A stretch of 64,000 nt of DNA from Halapricum desulfuricans (lineage in GTDB: Archaea; Halobacteriota; Halobacteria; Halobacteriales; Haloarculaceae), in the NCBI RefSeq assembly GCF_017094525.1, contig NZ_CP064788.1, positions 975,030 through 1,039,029 of the forward strand, written 5' to 3'. The translations under genes were made by a program, and so were the position numbers. The notes under the pieces are model-generated. The model was given only the letters and a program-made list of their open reading frames with translations. It ran no database searches and was not told the origin of the DNA. Positions within the stretch are counted from its first letter, which is position 1; the number at the start of each line of letters is the position of its first letter. This document shows positions 56,881 to 64,000 of this stretch, piece after piece.

Positions 56881-57470
56881 TGCCGTGTACCATCAACGAC
56901 GATACTCTCCACCGACAGGGTCGATCGTTTCTCGAGGTAGATCAGTGCCTCGCGCACCAACGGCTCCGGCTCATTCAATACGTCAGCAACCTTTTCTGCC
57001 GATCCATCGATGTCACCCTTCTCGGCTACCTCTGCGGCGCTCAAGAGTTGTTCCTGCGCCTTTTTCAGTCGCAAATCCTGAGTGTTCGTCGTTGATTCTG
57101 CATCCGCTGGCGGTTCGGGTGCCGCAGGGAGTTCTTCATACGCATCCATGGCCGTCGATTCGACTTGCTCCTGGGAGTACCCCTCTGAGACCATCATCTC
57201 GTCAATTTGGTTTTGGAGGGCCTCGGTCCGGTTCTCAACTTCCTCCATGGCCTTCTGATGCATCTGCTCAGCTAATTCGACTCCATCAGCTTCGACTCCC
57301 CCGTAAGCACCCAACTCAGATTCGTGTACGTACTCGTCTCTAATTTCTCGATCAACCGCGCGACGAACCAGCGTCGTCAGCGTCTCCCCTTCCTCGAGTG
57401 CCTCCCGCCACTCTTCTTTCTTCTCGGGCGTCACCCGCACATTCAGTTTGACTTTCTTCCGGTCGCTCAC
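56865..57470 (-). CDS. ribbon-helix-helix (CopG-like) domain protein
   Basis: N-terminal VKLNVRVTPEKKEEWREALEEGETLTTLVRRAV is RHH. Co-transcribed with the integrase (16-nt overlap). Confidence 0.55.
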   Translation of the reverse strand: MSDRKKVKLNVRVTPEKKEEWREALEEGETLTTLVRRAVDREIRDEYVHESELGAYGGVEADGVELAEQMHQKAMEEVENRTEALQNQIDEMMVSEGYSQEQVESTAMDAYEELPAAPEPPADAESTTNTQDLRLKKAQEQLLSAAEVAEKGDIDGSAEKVADVLNEPEPLVREALIYLEKRSTLSVESIVVDGTRHWMTL

Positions 57471-57524
57471 ACCCGCAGCTACTCACACTAATAAAATAAA
57501 TCTAGGGTCCCAGCGGGTCCCCAG

Positions 57525-59000
57525 TTAACCGAACATCTGGCGCATCATGGGGTGCATCTCCATGAGCTGTTCTTCGGCGATCTCCTCGTAGAGCTTGTAG
57601 GTAATCGAGACAGTCAGCAGCAGCCCCGTTCCGGAGACGCCACCGATCGTCCCGAGCATGTTCGCGCCGACGGCGAGCAGGCCAACGAGTGCACCGCCGA
57701 TGACAGTCACCTGCGGGATGTATCGTTCGAGCACCTTCTCGAGGACGCCGGGGTTCTGCCGGAACCCGGGGATCTGCATCCCGGAGTTCTGGATCTGCTG
57801 GGCCGTCGCTTCCGGCCCCATGTCGGTCGTCTCGACCCAGAAGATGGCGAAGATCGCACCGCCGATGACCATGAACGTCAGGTCCACGGCCACCCGCAGC
57901 AGGATCTGCCAGACTTCCGGACTCCCGGTCGGTGTCGTGACGAACCACATCCAGTCCTGGCGCGTCTGGATCGGAGCCAGGTAGTAGAACAACCCACTGA
58001 TGGGCTGGCCCTGCGCGTTGTACGCACCGACCCAGGCCGGCAGCGAGGCCTGGGAGTTGAGCAGTTGCCCGATGAACTGGATGTTCTGCTGGAGCGCCCG
58101 CACGAGGATCATCGGCAGGACGCTCGCGTAGATGAGTTTGACCGGGAAGCGCCCGCGTGCGCCCTTGACCCGGGCGTGACTCAACGGGATCTCGACCCGG
58201 ACGGACTCGGCATAAACCACGATCACGAAGATAAGGATCGTCGTGATGATCGCGAGGATGCCCGAAATCTGTCCGCTCCCGCTCTGGAACCCGAAGAAGA
58301 GGTTCTCGGCGGTGACGGGTAGATTGCCGAGCGCCATCCGAATATACGCCGGGATGATACCGAGCGTCGCCCCGGGGAGTGCCTCGATAGCGATGATGCC
58401 GCCGATGAGCCGCTGGCTCACGCCGGCGATGATGAACAGCCCGACGCCGCTGCCGACGCCCCACTTGCTGATCACCTCGTCCATGTACAGGATGAGAACA
58501 CCGCCGACGAACACCTGCCCGAACATGAGCATGTTCACGCCGAACGTGCCGCCCGGGAACGTCTGTGCGAGCGTCTCACTCGCCGGCAGGAAGTTCCCGG
58601 CGAACACCATCGGGAGTCCCGTCAGCACGACCATCGCGATCACAAGCAGCTTCTGCAGCCCCTGATAGAGGATCTGATCGCGGGGGTTGTTCTGGGTGTC
58701 GAGCCCCAGCAGGTTCGCACCGCCCAGTAGTTGCAGGACGATGCTCCCCGTGACGATCGGGCCGATACCGAGATGGACGATCGTCCCCTGTCCGCCCGCG
58801 AGGATCGATCGGAAGCGGCCGAACGCGTCGCTACCGGCACCGCGCTCGAGCCCGAACAGGAACACGTTCGTCAGGAAGAAATACAGGACCAGGACGCCCG
58901 CAGTCCAGGCCAGCTTCCGTTTGAACGGCACGTGTCGGTCGGGCCGCTCCACGGAGGGCATGCGGGTGAGCACCGGTTCGGCGGTGTCCTTCCAGCTCAT
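57525..59000 (-). CDS. secY: preprotein translocase subunit SecY
   Basis: 491 aa, 10 TM helices, with conserved SecY segments (GIMPFIY-like, plug). Confidence 0.9.
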   Translation of the reverse strand: MSWKDTAEPVLTRMPSVERPDRHVPFKRKLAWTAGVLVLYFFLTNVFLFGLERGAGSDAFGRFRSILAGGQGTIVHLGIGPIVTGSIVLQLLGGANLLGLDTQNNPRDQILYQGLQKLLVIAMVVLTGLPMVFAGNFLPASETLAQTFPGGTFGVNMLMFGQVFVGGVLILYMDEVISKWGVGSGVGLFIIAGVSQRLIGGIIAIEALPGATLGIIPAYIRMALGNLPVTAENLFFGFQSGSGQISGILAIITTILIFVIVVYAESVRVEIPLSHARVKGARGRFPVKLIYASVLPMILVRALQQNIQFIGQLLNSQASLPAWVGAYNAQGQPISGLFYYLAPIQTRQDWMWFVTTPTGSPEVWQILLRVAVDLTFMVIGGAIFAIFWVETTDMGPEATAQQIQNSGMQIPGFRQNPGVLEKVLERYIPQVTVIGGALVGLLAVGANMLGTIGGVSGTGLLLTVSITYKLYEEIAEEQLMEMHPMMRQMFG

Positions 59001-59002
59001 CG

Positions 59003-59488
59003 TTATTCGTTGTCGGCGTCGGATCCGTCTTCAGCCTGTCGCTTCTCCCCGCGTTCGGTCAGCTCGACGCTGCCCCCCGCGGCCTCGACTTTCTCGCGAG
59101 CGCTCTCGGAGAAGTCGTCGGCGACCAGCTCGAGCTCGTTGCGGACCTGCCCGGCACCGAGCACCTTCACGACGTCGGTGTCGGCGGTCGTATCGACGAT
59201 CTCGCGGACATCGATCCGGTAACCGCCGTCGGTCTCCTCTGCGAGGCCGTCCGCTGCGAGCAGCGGCGCGTCCTCGTCGAGTTCGCGAACGTCGATCGTC
59301 TCGACGGTTTCTTTGCTCTTCTCCGGGCGCGTGAACCCGGACTTGCCGAGCGGTTCGTGGTTGTGGAACTCGTGTTTGTCCCGACCGGCCGCGCCGCGAC
59401 CGCCGCGGTGACCGGCCCCGCGTCGGTTCTTGTGGGAACCGCCGCCGTGCGTGCGCGAACCGCGCTGGCGTTTCTTCTTGCTCGTCAT
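59003..59488 (-). CDS. rpl15: 50S ribosomal protein L15 (uL15)
   Basis: MTSKKKRQRGSRTHGGGSHKNRRGAGHRGGRG. Confidence 0.85.
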   Translation of the reverse strand: MTSKKKRQRGSRTHGGGSHKNRRGAGHRGGRGAAGRDKHEFHNHEPLGKSGFTRPEKSKETVETIDVRELDEDAPLLAADGLAEETDGGYRIDVREIVDTTADTDVVKVLGAGQVRNELELVADDFSESAREKVEAAGGSVELTERGEKRQAEDGSDADNE

Positions 59489-59957
59489 TATCGCATCGCC
59501 TCCAGGAGTTCGTCGATATCCTCGGTCGCCTGTTTGCCGAGCTGTCCGCCTTCCTTGGTCGGGTGTTTGATCCCGTCGTGGCCGCCACGCGGCGGGTGCA
59601 GTCGCAGCGTCGGTGACAGTCCCTGCTCTTTCAGCGTCGTCTCCTCCTCGAGCAGCGCCTGTGCGAGTTCGCCGACGCTGTCGTAGTCGGTCTCCCAGGT
59701 CGCCCACCAGCTGTCGTCGTCGAAGCCGTCACCCTCGAGGGGTTCGGCCCGCTTTTTCAGCACTGTCTCCAGGGCGTCCTGGCTGGGTTCACCGTGTGCG
59801 ACCCAGTCGTTGACCTTCGTGATCATGCCGCGATAGGCGTCCGTGTCCGGCACCAGTGTCGCGTGGTTGACACGCCCCAGGTTCAGCATGTCGAGCGTAT
59901 CCTCGACATCGCCGGACATGTTGACCTCGCCGCGAAGTTGAACCACTGCCTTCATCA
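59488..59957 (-). CDS. rpl30: 50S ribosomal protein L30 (uL30)
   Basis: [26 protein letters not shown]. Position in the spc operon. Confidence 0.8.
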
Positions 59958-60593
59958 TTCGATCACCTCGCGCTTCTCGTAGGCTCGCTCGGGGACGCGC
60001 GCCTCGGCGGTGTTTCGCAGGGCGTTGAACGTCGCCTTTGCGAAGTTGACCGTCGTGCGCGTGTTCCCGGACGAACGCGTCCAGATGTCCTCGATGCCTG
60101 CGAGTTCGAGCACCTTGCGGACGGTCTCCCCGCCCGCCAGGCCCAGTCCGCGTGGTGCGGGCTGGAGCTCGACCTCGACGCTGCCGGCCTTGCCGGTCGT
60201 GCGTAGCGCGACCGTGTGCGGTCGGCCACAGCCACACTCCCAGGAGCCACAGCTCCGGGAGACGTCGATGAGGTTGAGTTTGGCGATGTCGATCGCCTTC
60301 TGGATCGCGCCGCCGACCTGATCGTCACGCCCCTCGGCGTAGCCGACCAGTCCGTCGCGGTTGCCCACGACGACGACACAGCGGAACTTGACCCGCCGCC
60401 CCGAGTCGGTCATCCGCTGGACCATGTTGATGTCCAGTACTTCGTCCTCCAGATCGGGGACGAGCTGGTCTACGATCTCCGGCTCTTTCAGCGGCAGGCC
60501 GGCGTTGAGGGCGTCGACCATCGTGTCGATCTCGCCCTCGGCTACCTTCCGGCCGAGCCGCGTCCGTGGTGTCCATCCGTCTGCTTCACTCAT
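59955..60593 (-). CDS. rps5: 30S ribosomal protein S5 (uS5)
   Basis: Conserved S5 dsRBD and C-terminal domain. Confidence 0.9.
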   Translation of the reverse strand: MSEADGWTPRTRLGRKVAEGEIDTMVDALNAGLPLKEPEIVDQLVPDLEDEVLDINMVQRMTDSGRRVKFRCVVVVGNRDGLVGYAEGRDDQVGGAIQKAIDIAKLNLIDVSRSCGSWECGCGRPHTVALRTTGKAGSVEVELQPAPRGLGLAGGETVRKVLELAGIEDIWTRSSGNTRTTVNFAKATFNALRNTAEARVPERAYEKREVIE

Positions 60594-61153
60594 AGGTCGA
60601 TGTCACCCTTCAGGAGGGCCTCTCGAATCGTGTCGAAGTGCGACGGCAGCTCCGTCGCGTCGAAGTCCCCACTGTAGAGGTCCTCGTCCAGCGAGTCGGC
60701 GTACTCGGCGATGTGCTCGCCGCGCGTGCGCTCCCAGGGCGCGAGTACCTCGTCGTTGTGGGGGATTTCCAGGCCGGCGTCGATTGCGCCTTCCTGCACT
60801 GCGAATACTTTACTACCGGGGGTCGGGCTGTTGAGTCCGATGTCCAGCACGGCCGACTCGTAGCCGGCCTCGACGGCCCGCAGTCCGGCCAGCAGCCCCG
60901 TGAGGTACGCGGCCGGCAGATTGCCCGTGGGGGCTTGCCAGCCGTACTCCTCGAGGTCGCTGGAGACCGCACTCGCGGCCGTCTCGTCGCCGTCGGGACC
61001 CCTCGTCACCAGCTGCGCCCTGACGTGTTTGTTGCTCTTGCGAGCGACCAGGCGTGGCTTGCCGGATTTCAGCAGGCGCAACCGCTGATGGTAGTCCGTC
61101 CGGGCCTCGCGGCGCCGGCGCATCGGAACGTTGTATCGTGGTCCTGTCGCCAT
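60590..61153 (-). CDS. rpl18: 50S ribosomal protein L18 (uL18)
   Basis: Typical archaeal L18 sequence. Confidence 0.85.
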   Translation of the reverse strand: MATGPRYNVPMRRRREARTDYHQRLRLLKSGKPRLVARKSNKHVRAQLVTRGPDGDETAASAVSSDLEEYGWQAPTGNLPAAYLTGLLAGLRAVEAGYESAVLDIGLNSPTPGSKVFAVQEGAIDAGLEIPHNDEVLAPWERTRGEHIAEYADSLDEDLYSGDFDATELPSHFDTIREALLKGDIDL

Positions 61154-61605
61154 CAGTTCTCACCGAATTGGGCTTCGATATACCGCTCAAGGTCGGCGAC
61201 CGAATCGAACTCGCCGCCGCTCGCGCGGTCGTATAGCGTGCGATACTCCGAGGGACTCAGCTTCTCTTCCTCGTCGCGCAGCTCGCGCAGCCGACGCCGC
61301 TGGGCGCGGATGCGCGACTGCCAGTCTTCGCGGTCGTCCTGTCGACCGCCGGCTTTCCCCTTGCGGGAACCGTGTCCCTTCTGGTGGCCGTAGGAACGCT
61401 TCTGCTGGCGCTCCTTCGCGCGGCCGCGGGAGTTGCCGGCGGCTTCTTCGGTCTGAATGAGTCCCTGCTCGACCAGTTCGCGGACGTCCTCGCGAGTGAT
61501 CGCGTCGGCGATCTCGCCCTGCGCGTCGGGATCGAACCAGATCCGGTTCTTCCCGACGTCCAGCACGTCCGCAGCCAGTCGCTTCTGTGCGCTGAGATCG
61601 GTCAT
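61153..61605 (-). CDS. rpl19e: 50S ribosomal protein L19e (eL19)
   Basis: [26 protein letters not shown]... Confidence 0.85.
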   Translation of the reverse strand: MTDLSAQKRLAADVLDVGKNRIWFDPDAQGEIADAITREDVRELVEQGLIQTEEAAGNSRGRAKERQQKRSYGHQKGHGSRKGKAGGRQDDREDWQSRIRAQRRRLRELRDEEEKLSPSEYRTLYDRASGGEFDSVADLERYIEAQFGEN

Positions 61606-62312
61606 TCTGACACCTCCACTTCGACGTAGGTGGGATTGAGGACGCGAATCTCGGCGTCCTCGGCGGCTTCCTCGATCCGCTCGCGCTTGCGCGCGCCGAC
61701 TTTCGAGGCGATGCGCACGGCCTGGGTGTCGCCGTCGACGTCCTCGAGGTCGTCCACGTTGTGCACGCGGACCTCCTCGAAGCCGCTGGGGTGCAGTCCC
61801 CGAACTTCCTCGGGCGTCCGGAAGCCGGCTTCGACTTTCGGACCCTTGCCCTTGACGCCCTTCCGCTGCTTGGAGAGGCCGCCCCGGGGCTCGCGCCACG
61901 AGGTCGGCGTGCGCTTTTTCTTGTGGTAGTCCTGGCGGTTGAACTGCGGCTTGCCGACCCGCTTGCGCTGGGTCAGCAGTCGCTCGGTCCCCTCGTCGAG
62001 ATCGGGCGTCTTCGACGCCAGCCCGCGGGGCTGCAGTTCCGTCTCGACTTCTTCCTCGGGCTCTTCCTCCGCCTCGGGCTCTTCTTCTTCGACTTCGCCC
62101 TCGGCTTCTTCGGAGACTTCGAGCCCGCCGACGTCGGCTTTGATTCGCGCGGCGAGCGCGTTCCCGACGCCCTCTGTTTCGGCGAGTTCTTCCTGCGAGG
62201 CGGCTTGGACGTCGTCGACCGTCTCGAAGCCGGCCTCTCGCAGTGCTTCGGCTTTCGCGTCGCCGACACCGCTGATGTCGGTCAACGCCTCGAACTCGTT
62301 TTCCTCGGCCAT
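61602..62312 (-). CDS. rpl32e: 50S ribosomal protein L32e (eL32) with an acidic N-terminal HhH extension
   Basis: C-terminal ...RQDYHKKKR...WREPRG... is L32e. Confidence 0.8.
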   Translation of the reverse strand: MAEENEFEALTDISGVGDAKAEALREAGFETVDDVQAASQEELAETEGVGNALAARIKADVGGLEVSEEAEGEVEEEEPEAEEEPEEEVETELQPRGLASKTPDLDEGTERLLTQRKRVGKPQFNRQDYHKKKRTPTSWREPRGGLSKQRKGVKGKGPKVEAGFRTPEEVRGLHPSGFEEVRVHNVDDLEDVDGDTQAVRIASKVGARKRERIEEAAEDAEIRVLNPTYVEVEVSE

Positions 62313-62848
62313 CAGACGTCACCTCGCGATGGTTTCTGGGTAATGTAGACGCCGTCTTGGAAGATCCGGACGTCCTTGTCCGTGACGCGGGTCAACTGTT
62401 CGATATCGGCAGCCGTCTGGCCGACGTCTTCGATGCTCGGCCCGGAGAGTGTGACCTCCTCGCCGTCGACATCGACCTCGGTGTCGCCGTGGATCGGCGT
62501 CTTCCGCGGGGCCTTCTCCCCGAGGAAGTTCTCGATGACGACCTCGTCGCCTTCGGCGCGGACCTGCATCGGGAAGTGTGAGTAGAAGACTTCCATCTTG
62601 TACTCCCAGCCTTCGGTAACCCCGTGGAACATGTTCTCCACGTGGCTCTCGAAGGTCCCGACGGTCGCGCGCGTCTTGGCGTCCCCGGCCTCGGACTCGA
62701 TGACGACCTCGCCACCGTTTGCCTCAACAGAGACGTCCGGGTACCAGAGTCGGCGCGTGACGCTGCCCTGCGGTCCCTCGACGGTCAGCTCGAGACGGTC
62801 CATCTCGGCGCTGACGTCATCCGGAATTTCGAGTGCTGTTCGTGCCAT
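62312..62848 (-). CDS. rpl6: 50S ribosomal protein L6 (uL6)
   Basis: [15 protein letters not shown]...; start ATG at 62846-62848. Confidence 0.85.
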   Translation of the reverse strand: MARTALEIPDDVSAEMDRLELTVEGPQGSVTRRLWYPDVSVEANGGEVVIESEAGDAKTRATVGTFESHVENMFHGVTEGWEYKMEVFYSHFPMQVRAEGDEVVIENFLGEKAPRKTPIHGDTEVDVDGEEVTLSGPSIEDVGQTAADIEQLTRVTDKDVRIFQDGVYITQKPSRGDV

Positions 62849-62850
62849 TG

Positions 62851-63243
62851 TTAGTAGACGTATGCGATCACCTGGCCACCGACGCCCGCTTCGCGGGCCT
62901 CGTAGTGGCTCATGATCCCGTGGCTGGTGGTCACGACGAGTGCGCCGTAATCCTGTGCGGGGAGAAACCGCTTCTCCCACTTCTCGAACTCGTCAGCGCC
63001 CGCCGAATAGCGGGGCTGGACCGAGCCGCACTCGTTGATCGCACCCTTCAGTTCGACCTCGAACCGACCGGCTTTGCCGTCGTCGACGAACTCGAAGCCG
63101 CCGATGTACCCGCTGTCGTAGAAGACTTCGAGTACGCTGCCGATCTCGTTCGAGGCGGGCTCGACTGTCTGTGTCAGCTTCCCGACGCCCTCGGCGTTGT
63201 CGATCGCCGACAGCGCGTTGCTGAGTGGGTCGTTTCCTGTCAT
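62851..63243 (-). CDS. rps8: 30S ribosomal protein S8 (uS8)
   Basis: [18 protein letters not shown]... Confidence 0.85.
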   Translation of the reverse strand: MTGNDPLSNALSAIDNAEGVGKLTQTVEPASNEIGSVLEVFYDSGYIGGFEFVDDGKAGRFEVELKGAINECGSVQPRYSAGADEFEKWEKRFLPAQDYGALVVTTSHGIMSHYEAREAGVGGQVIAYVY

Positions 63244-63245
63244 TG

Positions 63246-63437
63246 TTAGCTGTACTTCTTGAAGCCCATGTCGCGGGAGATCTCCCGGAAGCACTGGCGA
63301 CACAGCCAGATGTCGTACTTGCCGACCAGACCCTGCTCGCGACCGCAGCGCTGGCAGACCTGCATCTGTTCGGTTCGCTTTGCGGCCTGCTCGCCGGTGG
63401 CTTCGTTCGTGTCCTGCTCGGATTCGCTCTCGCTCAT
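63246..63437 (-). CDS. rps14: 30S ribosomal protein S14 (uS14, Zn-binding type)
   Basis: [25 protein letters not shown]. Confidence 0.85.
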   Translation of the reverse strand: MSESESEQDTNEATGEQAAKRTEQMQVCQRCGREQGLVGKYDIWLCRQCFREISRDMGFKKYS

Positions 63438-63964
63438 TCGTTCACCTCCGCGTCGAAGGTCGACTCGACGAACGCGATTGCGTCCTCCGGATCGAGCCGG
63501 TGGTTCGAGGGGATCGGACGGGCGGCCTTCTCGCGCTTGGCGACGCGATAGCCCGGACGGACCAGGTTGACCGTCACGTCCAGCCCGTAGATCCCGATCG
63601 TCGGGTCGTACTCCTGACTCGGGAACTCGGTGTGTTCCTCGACACCGAAGCTGAAGTTGCCCGTGTCGTCGAACTGCCCCGCGTCGAGATCGACCAGGGG
63701 CAGTGACGTCTCGAGGAACTGTTCGGCCTGCTCGTCGCGCAGCGTGACCTTCGCTCCGATCGGGTCGCCCTCTCGGATGTTGAACTCACCGACCGTCTCT
63801 TTCGCCTGGGTCCGGACGGACTCCTGGCCGGTGATCTCTTCGAGGATCTCCTCGGCGTTGGCGAGTTCGCGACCGCCCTCGCCGACGCCCATGTGGACGA
63901 CGACCTTCTCGATGCGCGGCTCGCGCATCTCGTGGAACTCGCCGCTCTCGCTTTCCGAGCTCAT
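63434..63964 (-). CDS. rpl5: 50S ribosomal protein L5 (uL5)
   Basis: Typical L5 sequence. Confidence 0.85.
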   Translation of the reverse strand: MSSESESGEFHEMREPRIEKVVVHMGVGEGGRELANAEEILEEITGQESVRTQAKETVGEFNIREGDPIGAKVTLRDEQAEQFLETSLPLVDLDAGQFDDTGNFSFGVEEHTEFPSQEYDPTIGIYGLDVTVNLVRPGYRVAKREKAARPIPSNHRLDPEDAIAFVESTFDAEVNE

Positions 63965-64000
63965 TCGTCGTCACCTCCGGCGTCTTCAGTGTCTGCCTGC
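63961..64000 (-). CDS. rps4e: 30S ribosomal protein S4e, C-terminal end only (partial, window edge)
   Basis: Operon position, and an in-frame acidic C-terminus ending ...DDE*. Confidence 0.4.
   Translation of the reverse strand, partial: QADTEDAGGDDE

Larger units (their letters stand above)
50338..57529. mobile_element. integrated genetic element of about 7.2 kb at the secY 3' end, carrying an AbiE-like module, an ISH-type IS, an integrase remnant and an RHH regulator
   Basis: Flanked by direct repeats. GC is lower than the neighbouring aroA/secY and the genes are non-core. Integrase and RHH sit at the right end, adjacent to the att site. Confidence 0.65.

Noticed and set aside
1-64000. 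CRISPR arrays
   Set aside because: No array of regularly spaced direct repeats was found. The only repeat family (five dispersed hairpin elements) is not tandemly arranged.

Overview
Haloarchaeal (class Halobacteria) chromosomal segment: about 65% GC, acidic proteome, Tat/lipobox signals, halocyanins and a typical archaeal spc ribosomal operon. Core genes cover a membrane-lipid/HEAT/PLD region, NucS, a FecBCD-type ABC transporter, prefoldin beta, an RNase P RNA candidate, Lrp, OsmC, tRNA-Val, a Rieske/cytochrome b cluster with halocyanin, aroA, secY and ribosomal proteins. Accessory DNA is interspersed. (1) A partial IS200/IS605 element (tnpA plus tnpB) lies at the window start. (2) An uptake-type [NiFe] hydrogenase small/large subunit pair sits behind a 420-bp AT-rich tract. 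(3) A low-GC, 12-gene co-directional cluster (23.3-36.0 kb) lies next to a tRNA-Val carrying a duplicated 3' end. It encodes an ESCRT-III/Snf7-like protein next to an MIT-AAA (Vps4/CdvC-like) ATPase, a zinc-ribbon SPFH/flotillin-like protein, a bactofilin, HEAT-repeat proteins, a Hanks Ser/Thr kinase and several zinc-ribbon/coiled-coil proteins. This is the most unusual system in the window. (4) A 7.2-kb integrated element sits in the 3' end of secY, flanked by 15-17-bp direct repeats. It carries an AbiEi/AbiEii-like module, an ISH-type transposase disrupting the integrase, and an RHH protein. (5) A five-copy intergenic repeat family has conserved flanks and covarying hairpins.
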